Positions 53,215 through 62,858 of a DNA stretch of 64,000 nt are shown piece after piece; the stretch's first letter is position 1; each line of letters opens with the position of its first letter. The position numbers and the translations under genes are program-made. Below the pieces are notes generated by a model that was given only the letters and a program-made list of their open reading frames with translations, was not told the DNA's origin and searched no databases. The stretch spans positions 62,001-126,000 of IMG/VR virus record IMGVR_UViG_3300046543_000266. The stretch is one strand, 5' to 3'.

Positions 53215-54153
53215 TCAGCCGAAGAGACCCTTGCTCTTTGGATAGAGCCAGTTGTGATAGTCGTGGTAGCGTGCCGAGAGGAAGGGGTTCTTGCTCTTGA
53301 CTTTCGGCAGCTTCCATTCCGACAGTTCGTTCGGAGGTGGGCACTCCTTGCTGAGTTCCACCAGCTTTCGGTTACGGCGAAGGGCTTCGAGTTGGGACGT
53401 TATGAATACCTTCTCGTCGCCCTTCGCCTTCTTATACCAGTTCGACAGTGTGCCGAACTCGGCCAGTATCTTCTTGGCGCGTGCCGCTTTGATATCCTTG
53501 ATATTAGGCACGCAATCGCCAGCATCGCCCACCAGAGTTTGATAATCCAGCATCTGATGCACCGGAACACCGAAGCGCTTCTCAGCATCTGCAGCCTTGA
53601 TGTAGCGCCCGCTCTTCTTGGTCTTCAGATTCTTGTAGGAAGCATCGTACAGAATGACGCTGTTGTCGTGAGTCAGATACTGATACGCGTCCTTATCCTG
53701 CGTACCGCCGATCACAATGTAGTCGCCACCGTACTTGTGAGCGACAGAGCGCAGCACATCGTCAGCCTCGAACGTCTTGGGCTGATAGAACACGATGCCT
53801 ACTTCCGAGAACAGTGTGAAGATGTATGGCAAGAACTCGTAGATGCTGACAGTCGGGACCGCGTTCTCTTGGTCAGCACCTTCGCCAGCAACTCCTTCCC
53901 GATGCTTCTTCTCTCCGCGATCCGATTTGTACTTCGGATACACCTTGTATCGGAAGACCTTCGGACCGTCGAAGGCAACCGCTATGTATGTGGAGCGGGT
54001 GTCGAGTGCATCCTTGATCACCATACCGAGCAGCTTGTATGGGATGACGTCTTCGATCGGGCGGTTGGTTTGCAACGTAGACATCGCACGATGGAGGTAC
54101 CAGTTTCCGTCAACGATGAGGATGCGTTCTTTGGTTGTTGATTTGGCTTTCAT
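53215..54153 (-). CDS. 5'-3' exonuclease / flap endonuclease (Pol I N-terminal or T4 RNase H-like)
   Basis: LIVDGN, VAFDG, YKSDR, FEADDV, DKD..Q, LVGDAGDCVP. Confidence 0.92.
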   Translation of the reverse strand: MKAKSTTKERILIVDGNWYLHRAMSTLQTNRPIEDVIPYKLLGMVIKDALDTRSTYIAVAFDGPKVFRYKVYPKYKSDRGEKKHREGVAGEGADQENAVPTVSIYEFLPYIFTLFSEVGIVFYQPKTFEADDVLRSVAHKYGGDYIVIGGTQDKDAYQYLTHDNSVILYDASYKNLKTKKSGRYIKAADAEKRFGVPVHQMLDYQTLVGDAGDCVPNIKDIKAARAKKILAEFGTLSNWYKKAKGDEKVFITSQLEALRRNRKLVELSKECPPPNELSEWKLPKVKSKNPFLSARYHDYHNWLYPKSKGLFG

Positions 54154-54446
54154 CAGTGGATCTGCGTGGAGTGGACGTCAAGGGTATTGACGAAGAGGAT
54201 GAGGTTGATGCTGTCACGGTCAGCGTCTTGCTGCAAGTCAGCATCGAAGAACGTCACGTAGTACGAGTTGCCGAAGCGCGAGGCCAGAGCCTTATCAATG
54301 TCCGGCTTCATTTCCAACAGGGACAGGTGCTCACGACCTAGACCTGCTTGAGTGAAGTAGCTCTCAACGAACAGTCCGAGCGCCTTGCCGTTAGGAGCTC
54401 GCATCTGGGCTTCAGGTGTCACGTAGAATCCTAACAAAGTCTGCAT
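54153..54446 (-). CDS. hypothetical protein
   Basis: AAGGAG RBS before MQTLL. Confidence 0.65.
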   Translation of the reverse strand: MQTLLGFYVTPEAQMRAPNGKALGLFVESYFTQAGLGREHLSLLEMKPDIDKALASRFGNSYYVTFFDADLQQDADRDSINLILFVNTLDVHSTQIH

Positions 54447-54465
54447 GGTGGTTCTCCTTTGCCTC

Positions 54466-54473
54466 ATATTTAC
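54466..54473 (-). promoter_or_regulatory. GTAAATAT promoter motif
   Basis: About 20 nt upstream of ATG 54446. Confidence 0.5.
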
Positions 54474-54508
54474 AACACGAAATAAAATTCTGCACACGGG
54501 TCCCCGCC

Positions 54509-54515
54509 AATTTAA
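54509..54515 (+). promoter_or_regulatory. AATTTAA variant late-type promoter for lysis cassette
   Basis: One mismatch to consensus; upstream of holin. Confidence 0.4.
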
Positions 54516-54561
54516 TGGAGTAGTGGCGGGTAACTAAGTAGTGGGTTATGGAGTTAATGAT

Positions 54562-54948
54562 ATGATCGAAAATAAAGATCCGTTTGGATACCCGCTCAGT
54601 ACGTATGCGTGGGTGTTCGCGATCGCGTTGACCGGAGGGTTGGTGAAGTACCTGAACCACACGGGAAGGTTCAGTGTATTCGGTCTAGTGCGCGATCTTG
54701 TGACGGCGGGGTTTGCCGGACTTCTCACGTTCTGGCTTTGCGAGTGGACCAATATAAATGGGCCGTTGTCCGCAGTTTTGATTGCGACATCCGGACTCAT
54801 GGGCACAAGGGCACTGAAGGAAATTGAAAACCTATACCGTCTGCGGATGGGGCTTCCAATTGAAAAAGAGGATGCTCCAATCAAAGACGTTCCTCCTTCT
54901 GCACCTTTGACTTCAACGGAAAATACAGCGAAGACCGAAGGGGAGTAA
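54562..54948 (+). CDS. holin (LydA-like)
   Basis: Three hydrophobic segments (YAWVFAIALTGGLVKY; LVTAGFAGLLTFWLC; AVLIATSGLMG); precedes endolysin. Confidence 0.8.
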   Translation: MIENKDPFGYPLSTYAWVFAIALTGGLVKYLNHTGRFSVFGLVRDLVTAGFAGLLTFWLCEWTNINGPLSAVLIATSGLMGTRALKEIENLYRLRMGLPIEKEDAPIKDVPPSAPLTSTENTAKTEGE

Positions 54949-54950
54949 CC

Positions 54951-55421
54951 GTGATTCTCAGTTCGAAAATCCAACATAGCGATGGGTGGAAGCATGTAAC
55001 CAGCGTTCTCATGAAGGTGTATTCGTCGGCGTCTGTGATTGCGCTGGTGATGCTGATAAGCGTCTCAGTAGTATGGGCGTTTGAGAAAGCACCGTCACAG
55101 ACGTTTGTCAATGTGCAGAACATCGTTCATACCCATGTGGGCGACCGTATCAAGTTGAGCAGCAACGTTCGTGTTCATACTGATGCGGTTCGCGCAGTCT
55201 ATCGCATGTGGTTGACGGACTCAGATAATGAGTCCGTCTATGTTTTTCCGGACCGCGCTGTAATCGATCCGTCCGATTTCATTCTTGAACCGGATAACAT
55301 TCGCGTACCGCCCGGTCTAAAGCCGGGTGAGTACACGTTTCATGCGCAGGTTATTTATCCGTTCAATCCTTTCAAGAATGGAAGCATCAACATGACGTTG
55401 GCAACACTGTACGTCAATTAA
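54951..55421 (+). CDS. membrane-anchored protein in lysis cassette
   Basis: TM SASVIALVMLISVSVVWAF followed by Ig-like segment (VPPGLKPGEYTF). Confidence 0.6.
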   Translation: MILSSKIQHSDGWKHVTSVLMKVYSSASVIALVMLISVSVVWAFEKAPSQTFVNVQNIVHTHVGDRIKLSSNVRVHTDAVRAVYRMWLTDSDNESVYVFPDRAVIDPSDFILEPDNIRVPPGLKPGEYTFHAQVIYPFNPFKNGSINMTLATLYVN

Positions 55422-55431
55422 GGAGTTAGAC

Positions 55432-56088
55432 ATGTCATTCAAAATCACGAACACTCAGTTGGCGAAGTTAGCACCTACTCTCGATCAAGCAACCGTGAAT
55501 GCCTTGGTGGCGTCGATCAATGACACTACCGCGCGCTTTGGGATCGATACTACGGCGCGGCGTGTTCGCTATTTTGTGGCCCAGTCTTTCTTCGAAACTC
55601 AAAGCTACACGAAGTGGTCGGAAAACCTAGTGTACACAACTCCGCAACGATTGGTGACTGTGTGGCCCCATCGCTTCACAATGGATAAGTCACAAACCAA
55701 TCTAGCCTATGCCCCAGACTACGTCAACAACGCACAGAAGCTCGCGAACCTGACGTATGCCAATCGGTATGGTAACGGGAATGAAGCCTCGGGCGACGGT
55801 TGGAAATACCGTGGTCGTGGTGGATTCCATCTGACATTCAAGAACAACTACCAGAAGTTCAGTATGGACACGTACAAGGACGGCCGGATTGTGTCGAATC
55901 CGGATCTGGTATCCCAACCGCAAGACGCGATGTTGAGCGCAGGTTGGTTCTGGACCAGCAATGGTCTCTCAGCACTGGCAGATACAGATTCGTTCACACG
56001 CGCCACTGAAGTGATAAACGGAAGTGCGGAAACGGTGCCCGCGCGGCTGCCGGTCTTGACGAAAGTCAATTCGCTCTTTACATGGTAA
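55432..56088 (+). CDS. endolysin, glycoside hydrolase family 19
   Basis: FVAQSFFET, ENL.Y, GDGWKYRGRG, NY, SAGWFW, TEVING. Confidence 0.92.
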   Translation: MSFKITNTQLAKLAPTLDQATVNALVASINDTTARFGIDTTARRVRYFVAQSFFETQSYTKWSENLVYTTPQRLVTVWPHRFTMDKSQTNLAYAPDYVNNAQKLANLTYANRYGNGNEASGDGWKYRGRGGFHLTFKNNYQKFSMDTYKDGRIVSNPDLVSQPQDAMLSAGWFWTSNGLSALADTDSFTRATEVINGSAETVPARLPVLTKVNSLFTW

Positions 56089-56105
56089 TAACCTAGGATA
56101 GTTCA

Positions 56106-57857
56106 ATGGACAGCCCATTTCTCTATAAGATGACGCTTCACCAAGGCGCTAACACAGGCACGGTGACTGCGTCGTGGGTTCAGAAACTCCCTCTGATCCA
56201 GCAAGTAACAGACCAAGTAGTGGTCATGCCGAACACGGAAGGCGGCGCCATTCCAGGTGTGTACGTATGGTCCGGGACCCGCTGGCGATTCCTGCTTCCG
56301 TACGTTGAAATCGCACAGGCAATCATCGACGGTTCGACCATCGACGTGTTCTACAACATGGCGGCGGACTTCACCGATCTATCGCACGCCGCAGTTCTGT
56401 GGCGGAACGGTACGCCTGCGAGTGGTACGACGGTCGTCGCCGGTGGGGACGCCGTGTGGTGTGGCGTCACTAAGAAGCAGAGTGGCGACGTGGCGTCAGT
56501 CAACGGTGTGCAGCCGGATGAGTTCGGCAACGTCGTGATCCCGTCCAGTGGTTTGAAGACAGTCAGCAGCCAGTCTCCGGACGTCAACGGTAACGTCGTC
56601 ATCAAGGCACAAGATGCAAACGGCGCGACAGGCACTTCGCTTATCGTCGGTGACGGTAGCGGAACTGGCGTCGTCCGTCTGAAGACCATCGTCGCGGGCG
56701 TCAACGTGACTATGACCTCGGACGTGAACGGCAACATCGTTCTGAACGCTGCCGGTGGTGGCGGCAGTGGCGGTGGTCTGGCCGCAGTCGTCAACGAAGG
56801 AACCGGGACTTCGTTGGTAGACAACGACGGCACGACGGGTGGTATCGCAACTATCAAATCCCTGCAAGCTGGCGCGGGTATCACGATCACACCGTCTGGC
56901 GACAACAAGACGCTGAACCTGACGGCTGTATCGACCTACGTGTTGCCGGTCGCAACCTCCACCGTTCTGGGTGGTGTGAAGCAAGGTCTCGGTGTGACGA
57001 TCGCTGGGGACGGTACTATCACGGCGCTCGGTTCGGTAACTGCAGTCGGTGCAGGTACTTCGATCATCAATGACGACGGTTCGACGACTCACGCAGCCAA
57101 GCTGAAGACGCTGGTTGCTGGCACGGGCGTGACACTGAGCTCCGACGCGAACACTGTGACGATCAACGCGAGCTCTGCCTACACGTTGCCGACGGCAAGC
57201 GCTACGGTTCTGGGTGGCGTGAAGGTCGGTGCTGGTCTGGCGATCGACGGTTCGGGTGTGCTCAGCGCAACTGGCGGTGGCGGTGCAGTGACCTCGGTCA
57301 ACACCAAGACGGGCGCGGTCAGCATCACAGGTAGCACCTACATCAACGTTGACAATTCGGGTTCAAACATCGTCATCAGCCTGCTAGGGGCTATCGCGGA
57401 TGCGCCGAACGACGGAACGCTGTATGGCCGCCAGAACATGGCTTGGACGGCAATCCCGGACATCGGCACGGCCATCACGTCGGTTACTGGTCAGGTAGGT
57501 GCGTCGGCAATCAAGCTCGTTGAAGATAATCCGCCTGCGCACTCGGCGATCATCAAGAGCCTGATTGCTGGTAACAACGTGAGCATCACCGAGATCAACG
57601 GTCTGGTAACCATCACGGCGTCTATCCCGTCGGGTACGGTAGCTACGGTCAACAGCAAGGCACCGGACGTCAACGGTAACGTGGTGATCAACTCTTCGGA
57701 TGTTGGCGCGTTACCGCTCGCCGGTGGAACCATGCAGGGTGCGATAGCGATGGCTGGCTTCAAGGTCAGCGGGTTGCCTACCCCGACAGTTGCGGGTGAC
57801 GCGGTTCCTCTGTCGTATCTGCAGGGACTCACAATCGATAACGGAACCTACGCCTGA
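56106..57857 (+). CDS. tail fibre protein
   Basis: VASVNGVQPDEFGNV, LPVATSTVLGGVK, IADAPNDGTLYGRQ, LPLAGGTMQG, LPTPTVAGDA modules. Confidence 0.8.
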   Translation: MDSPFLYKMTLHQGANTGTVTASWVQKLPLIQQVTDQVVVMPNTEGGAIPGVYVWSGTRWRFLLPYVEIAQAIIDGSTIDVFYNMAADFTDLSHAAVLWRNGTPASGTTVVAGGDAVWCGVTKKQSGDVASVNGVQPDEFGNVVIPSSGLKTVSSQSPDVNGNVVIKAQDANGATGTSLIVGDGSGTGVVRLKTIVAGVNVTMTSDVNGNIVLNAAGGGGSGGGLAAVVNEGTGTSLVDNDGTTGGIATIKSLQAGAGITITPSGDNKTLNLTAVSTYVLPVATSTVLGGVKQGLGVTIAGDGTITALGSVTAVGAGTSIINDDGSTTHAAKLKTLVAGTGVTLSSDANTVTINASSAYTLPTASATVLGGVKVGAGLAIDGSGVLSATGGGGAVTSVNTKTGAVSITGSTYINVDNSGSNIVISLLGAIADAPNDGTLYGRQNMAWTAIPDIGTAITSVTGQVGASAIKLVEDNPPAHSAIIKSLIAGNNVSITEINGLVTITASIPSGTVATVNSKAPDVNGNVVINSSDVGALPLAGGTMQGAIAMAGFKVSGLPTPTVAGDAVPLSYLQGLTIDNGTYA

Positions 57858-57872
57858 GTAGAGGAAACATAA

Positions 57873-59102
57873 ATGGCCGCACTCAATATTCCGGTGCAAC
57901 ACCCTCGGTCCGCGGTATCCGCCGCGAAACCGACCAGTGCACAGATTCTGCAAGGACAGCTTGCAATCAACTTCGTCGACCGCAAGCTATGGACATTGGA
58001 CAACACTGGAGCAATCATCCAGATCGGCGTAGCACTGTCCGATCTGGCAACGGTAGCACAGACCGGCAACTACAACGACCTAGCGAACAAGCCCAATCTG
58101 TCCGCAACGTACACGCTTCCGGCAGCACAGCCCACGACGTTGGGCGGCGTGATGATTCCAGCAAGCTCTGGTCTGTCCGTCGACGGTAGCGGCAATCTGA
58201 CGGCAGCCGTGAAGTCCGTAGCTGGACGGACCGGCATCGTCGTGCTAACTGCAACCGACGTGGGTCTGCCAACCGATCTGTTGTCGGGTCCGTCGACTAC
58301 GCTGGCTTCGAAGTATCTGCCGGCGTCGGTCACGGGCGCGTTGAACTATCAAGGCCAGTGGAACGCTTCGACCAATACTCCGACGTTGACGTCGAGTACC
58401 GGCACGAAGGGTAACTACTATGTCGTGAGCGTCGCAGGTACGACCAACCTGAACGGCAATGCTTCGTGGAACGTCGGCGACTACGCGATCTTCAACGGCA
58501 CGACGTGGGATCGTCTGCAACAAGCGGCCGCTGCAGTCCAGTCGGTGAACGGCAATACGGGAACCGTGGTGGTGAACGCCGCGAACCTGCCGAACCTGTC
58601 GCAGGTCGGTAAGGACAATCTGTACAGTTCGCTGACCGGTATCCCGTCGACGTTCGCGCCGTCGGCACACACGCAGCCCGCTTCGTCAATCACTGGTCTG
58701 GCAACGGTAGCGACCACGGGTGCTTACGCAGATCTGACTGGAAAGCCTTCCAATCCGGATGTAGCGCGCTTGCCGGTGAACGTTCAGGGCAATCCGAACG
58801 TGATCAACGAAGTGTATTACGACTTCGCACAGGGTTGCCAGTTCCCGCAGAACTTCGCGGCTTCGGTAGTGACTGCCAAGCTCATCAGCGGCACCACCGC
58901 AACGATTCGTATCATGCAGTACAACGCTGCGAATCCGAGTGGTGTGCAGGTGGGGACTATCAACATCGACACGGTTGGTGGCAACACATTCACCTCGGTG
59001 GGATCCTCGACGACTTACGTGCCCGGTGATGAACTGTCGTATCAGTTCGTGACCACTAACATCTCGCGATTCACGGTGACCCTTATGGGTACGTGGCAGT
59101 GA
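57873..59102 (+). CDS. tail fibre protein
   Basis: GQLAINFVDRKLW, VAQTGNYNDLANKP, YQGQWNASTNTP...GNYYVVSVAG...W.VGD modules. Confidence 0.8.
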   Translation: MAALNIPVQHPRSAVSAAKPTSAQILQGQLAINFVDRKLWTLDNTGAIIQIGVALSDLATVAQTGNYNDLANKPNLSATYTLPAAQPTTLGGVMIPASSGLSVDGSGNLTAAVKSVAGRTGIVVLTATDVGLPTDLLSGPSTTLASKYLPASVTGALNYQGQWNASTNTPTLTSSTGTKGNYYVVSVAGTTNLNGNASWNVGDYAIFNGTTWDRLQQAAAAVQSVNGNTGTVVVNAANLPNLSQVGKDNLYSSLTGIPSTFAPSAHTQPASSITGLATVATTGAYADLTGKPSNPDVARLPVNVQGNPNVINEVYYDFAQGCQFPQNFAASVVTAKLISGTTATIRIMQYNAANPSGVQVGTINIDTVGGNTFTSVGSSTTYVPGDELSYQFVTTNISRFTVTLMGTWQ

Positions 59103-59122
59103 ACAGGATAGGGGAATAGAAA

Positions 59123-60265
59123 ATGGCAGTAGCACAATTCATTGCGGGCGCGGAAGGCTTCGACATCTACGGGTCCGGGAACATCCCGGCAAACTACCCG
59201 TGGTTCGTTACCGACGCCACACGTCAGGGTCAGATCAACCCGACGGCTGGTGCGTTTGGTGGTTCGGCCCTGACCTTCCCGATGAGCGGGTTGAGCGCCA
59301 GTCTGGCATCGGGGTTCGAGTATCAGTTCCCGTCGTCGCTGGTTATGACACGCGGAAACACGGCGGCCAACGGCAAAGGCGTGTTCGCCATCAATGGCTG
59401 GTTGAACGTCAGTTCGATGACCACCGGAAGCGGTACGTTGCTCGGACTGGGAACAGCCGGTGCGACCGGGGTGGCATACCCGCTCCTGAACATCTCGCAG
59501 TCCGCGACGGCTGGCACCAACCTCCAGTTTGTGACCAATATCAACAGTCCGTCCAGCGCGCCGTACAACTTCAACATCCAGCTGAACACGTACTATTGGA
59601 TCTCGATGCAGTTCGCCTTCTACTCGACGAGTTCGGCCACGAGTTCGGCTGTTCTGCTGGCGACGTACACCATAAACGGCACGACTATCCAGCAGGATAT
59701 CCCGGTAACATGGGGTGGCGACGTGTTCACGTCGGTGCAGTTTGCAAACCGTCTGAAGTTCTACGCATCCAACTTCATCACGCACTTCTGGGATGACGTG
59801 GTTGTTCAGGCAGTGAGTGGTGCGGACACGAACTGGCCGCTGGCCGGTGGTGTGAATCCGACGCCGGAAGCCGTTCCGACTATCAGCGCACGTCGTATCT
59901 ACGCAGTGTCGGCAAGCGCCAACGGTTCGCTGTCACAGTGGACGCCGAGTGGTGCACAACCGAACTGGCAATCGGCTACCGATCCGACTGGTGCGAACTA
60001 CGTGACAGCAACCGATACGGCGCTGACCGACACGTACAAGTGGAGTGCTCCGGCGGTATCTGATGTTCGAGCCGTCGTTATCCGTGGCAACAGCAATCGG
60101 TTCCAGAACGTCAACGGCAGCTTCAAGGCTTCGGGTGGTGCATTGACGCAGATGCCTACCAACAATGGGCCTTCGCGGTACATCGGTGTCTGTGAAAACG
60201 ACGGCACCAACGCGTGGACGCAAACGTCCATCAACGCCGCTGAGTTCGGACAAACATCTAAGTAA
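59123..60265 (+). CDS. tail-associated beta-sandwich protein (GFD family paralog 1)
   Basis: N-terminal AGAEGFD; C-terminal FWDDVVV...QWTP...N...DTY. Confidence 0.6.
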   Translation: MAVAQFIAGAEGFDIYGSGNIPANYPWFVTDATRQGQINPTAGAFGGSALTFPMSGLSASLASGFEYQFPSSLVMTRGNTAANGKGVFAINGWLNVSSMTTGSGTLLGLGTAGATGVAYPLLNISQSATAGTNLQFVTNINSPSSAPYNFNIQLNTYYWISMQFAFYSTSSATSSAVLLATYTINGTTIQQDIPVTWGGDVFTSVQFANRLKFYASNFITHFWDDVVVQAVSGADTNWPLAGGVNPTPEAVPTISARRIYAVSASANGSLSQWTPSGAQPNWQSATDPTGANYVTATDTALTDTYKWSAPAVSDVRAVVIRGNSNRFQNVNGSFKASGGALTQMPTNNGPSRYIGVCENDGTNAWTQTSINAAEFGQTSK

Positions 60266-60270
60266 AGGAC

Positions 60271-62508
60271 ATGGCAATGTCATTACCATTCTTCAACGGG
60301 TTTGACACATGCGCCGCCGACTCGGATCTCCGAGCTCAGGGTTGGGTGAACGGTCCGACTGTTCGACCGGCGGCGTTCGTACCGAGCCTCTCGTCGTTCA
60401 GCGGCAAAGCACTGGCTTTGGTCGGTGCATCCGCAGTAGGTAACGCGACGGCGCCGGGTGCCGCTGGTGCCAAGGACGTCGGCTACAAAGCCACTGGATT
60501 CACGGTGCGACAAGCGTGGGACGCAGGTGGTGCGACGCTCGGTATGGCCGCTCGCTTCAACTCGGGACAATCCGCAAGTTACGCTTCCGGTCAGGCGGGC
60601 AGCAACTTCGGGGTAGCCCACGACGGTACTCGCTATTGGGCGCTGCGCAACATCGCCGGTGCGTTTGCTATCTGCACTTCGACCGACCTCGCCAACTGGA
60701 CGGCGACCCCGACTCAGCCGAGCGGCGCAGTGTTGAACATCACAACCACAATCAGTCACATGGGTTCTGGGCTGATCGCAGTGATTCCGACCAAGGCGGC
60801 GCTCCAGCTGGTGGTTTACTACACGTCTGATCAAGGCACGACGTGGAACACGATGAACCTCGGCGGCACGGGAGCCTCAACCTACACTGTAGCCGTTGGA
60901 TGTGCGACAGGTAACGCGACGTATCCCCACGCGTTCGTCGCCATTTCATACATCAACGGTAGTACCGCCTCGTGGTACGCGACTTACGTAGGGACCGTCG
61001 GAGGCACTACGTTCGGCCCGGTCAATGGTACAGCCAACGCAACGGCAGCCTCCGTAGGTAAGCCGCGGATCCTCGGGAACATCCTGTTCCTGCTGGGTCA
61101 GCATTTCAACCAGCGAATCTTCTGCGCTAACGTGACGGGTGGCTCGTTCAACGTTGGTGCCGGGTGGGTCAACGGTGTATCCACCAACGTTGGTGGGCTG
61201 CTAGACATCGCGTATGTGGCGTCTTCGAACCTGTACGTGGTGGTCAACTCCATCGGGATTTGGACTATTCCAAATTCGAACGGTTCGTCAGGAACGCCGG
61301 CCAATCTGCCCGCCAGCTTTACGGCAACGCAGCGATACTCGACAGTAGGTATGAACAACGTCTGGTGGAACAGTGCGGCTTCGTTGCTGGTCGCCACCGG
61401 TGCTTCAGGTCACATCGTTACGTCACCCGATGGTATCACCTGGACGGAGCTCGGGCCCAAGATCCTTCCGGTAGGTATCTCGGGTACGGATTGGCGCGTC
61501 TCGATCTATGACGGTAGCAAGTATGCGCTGTTCTCGGATTCGGGCTCAGGTATCGTCGCTGTGTCCCCCGATCTGCTGACTGGATACGAGTGCAAGTACG
61601 CGACGGAATACGGTGAGTCTACGTCGGGTGCGCAGTCGAGCCTCGGCTTTGTGGGCGTCAGTGGCGGTACACTAGCCTCGACGTTTACCATCGCGGGTGG
61701 CGTGGGAGTCGTGGCTGGTGCTATCAATGGCACCGATCGCCCGATCAACGTCTACTCGTATGCGAGTCCGGCCAGTGGGATGTTTGTGTCGCCGTTCAAC
61801 GTATCGACGGTGACTCCGACAAGCTTCTATCCGAATCCGCTAACGCATTACTACGAGGTTCAGCTGGTCAAGGATCCGGCCACGGTCAACAACTTCTTCG
61901 TCGCTTTGTACGTCGATGGTTCGTTGCTCGGTCAGACCGCGGCATCCACCCCTATTGGTACTGGGACGTCGGATACAACCACGACACTGGCGATTCAGGT
62001 TCCGCGTTCAAACCAGTGGACGGTATTCGACGACATGTACTGCACGCTGGATGACGGCACAGGCACGGTTGGTCCGGTTGGTCCTTCATATATGGTGGTG
62101 CGTCGCCCGACGTCGGATACTACGGCTCAGTGGACGAAAGACGGGGCAGAAGCGTCGAATGCAGCGGCTGTATCGGCGCTGGCATTGTCGTCGACCAATG
62201 GTTACGTGCAGACGACTACCGACGGTGCGAAAGATGTGTACGCGTCGACGGATACGCTCCCAGCCTCGGGATACCGAGTCAAGGGTGTGGCAGTCGAAGG
62301 TTACTTCGCCCGCATGAGCGCAGGTTCGCCGGTAGTTACGATTGGCGCTACGATCAGTGGGGTTGAAGTTGACAGTGCCAATATCACGGTGTCGTCTGCA
62401 GCCTATACGTTCGCCCAGAAGATCCTGGAAAAGAATCCGAATGGCAACGTGAACTGGACAACCACTACGGCGGCGCAAGTCTCTTCGGTGATCAACAAAC
62501 TGAGCTAA
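60271..62508 (+). CDS. tail spike/fibre protein (GFD family paralog 2)
   Basis: FFNGFD...DLRAQGWVNGP; propeller-like repeats (TSTDLANW, TSDQGTTW, TSPDGITW). Confidence 0.65.
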   Translation: MAMSLPFFNGFDTCAADSDLRAQGWVNGPTVRPAAFVPSLSSFSGKALALVGASAVGNATAPGAAGAKDVGYKATGFTVRQAWDAGGATLGMAARFNSGQSASYASGQAGSNFGVAHDGTRYWALRNIAGAFAICTSTDLANWTATPTQPSGAVLNITTTISHMGSGLIAVIPTKAALQLVVYYTSDQGTTWNTMNLGGTGASTYTVAVGCATGNATYPHAFVAISYINGSTASWYATYVGTVGGTTFGPVNGTANATAASVGKPRILGNILFLLGQHFNQRIFCANVTGGSFNVGAGWVNGVSTNVGGLLDIAYVASSNLYVVVNSIGIWTIPNSNGSSGTPANLPASFTATQRYSTVGMNNVWWNSAASLLVATGASGHIVTSPDGITWTELGPKILPVGISGTDWRVSIYDGSKYALFSDSGSGIVAVSPDLLTGYECKYATEYGESTSGAQSSLGFVGVSGGTLASTFTIAGGVGVVAGAINGTDRPINVYSYASPASGMFVSPFNVSTVTPTSFYPNPLTHYYEVQLVKDPATVNNFFVALYVDGSLLGQTAASTPIGTGTSDTTTTLAIQVPRSNQWTVFDDMYCTLDDGTGTVGPVGPSYMVVRRPTSDTTAQWTKDGAEASNAAAVSALALSSTNGYVQTTTDGAKDVYASTDTLPASGYRVKGVAVEGYFARMSAGSPVVTIGATISGVEVDSANITVSSAAYTFAQKILEKNPNGNVNWTTTTAAQVSSVINKLS

Positions 62509-62518
62509 GGAGAGACTA

Positions 62519-62848
62519 ATGTCGAGCAGTAATCAACCGAAAGCTCGGGCGATAGCTCAGCAGGTGATGCTGGCTCCAGGCACTGATCCGGTGAACAAGG
62601 CTGGAGCCACAGCAGTCGGGCTCCAGACCTTCCTCCAACCCGCACCGAACGTCCAAGACTTCGGTGTGAAGTTGGAGGTTCTGGGTCGAGGCCTGATTCC
62701 GGTGCAGCTAGCCAAGGTGGTGATGGAAGTCATAAGCGGTGTGCCCTACGCTGTCCCTGACTCAAAGGTAACTATGGAAGTCGTGGCAGCAACCACTCAG
62801 ACTCCCGCCAAACCCATGCAACGGATTGTGTGGTTCATGCCTAATTAG
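62519..62848 (+). CDS. small tail-associated protein
   Basis: AGGAG RBS; between paralogous fibre genes. Confidence 0.6.
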   Translation: MSSSNQPKARAIAQQVMLAPGTDPVNKAGATAVGLQTFLQPAPNVQDFGVKLEVLGRGLIPVQLAKVVMEVISGVPYAVPDSKVTMEVVAATTQTPAKPMQRIVWFMPN

Positions 62849-62858
62849 GAAAATACAA

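Noticed and set aside
53212-53217. Convergent genes abutting at TGATCA with no terminator
   Set aside because: Back-to-back stop codons are common in compact phage genomes; no further structure was seen.
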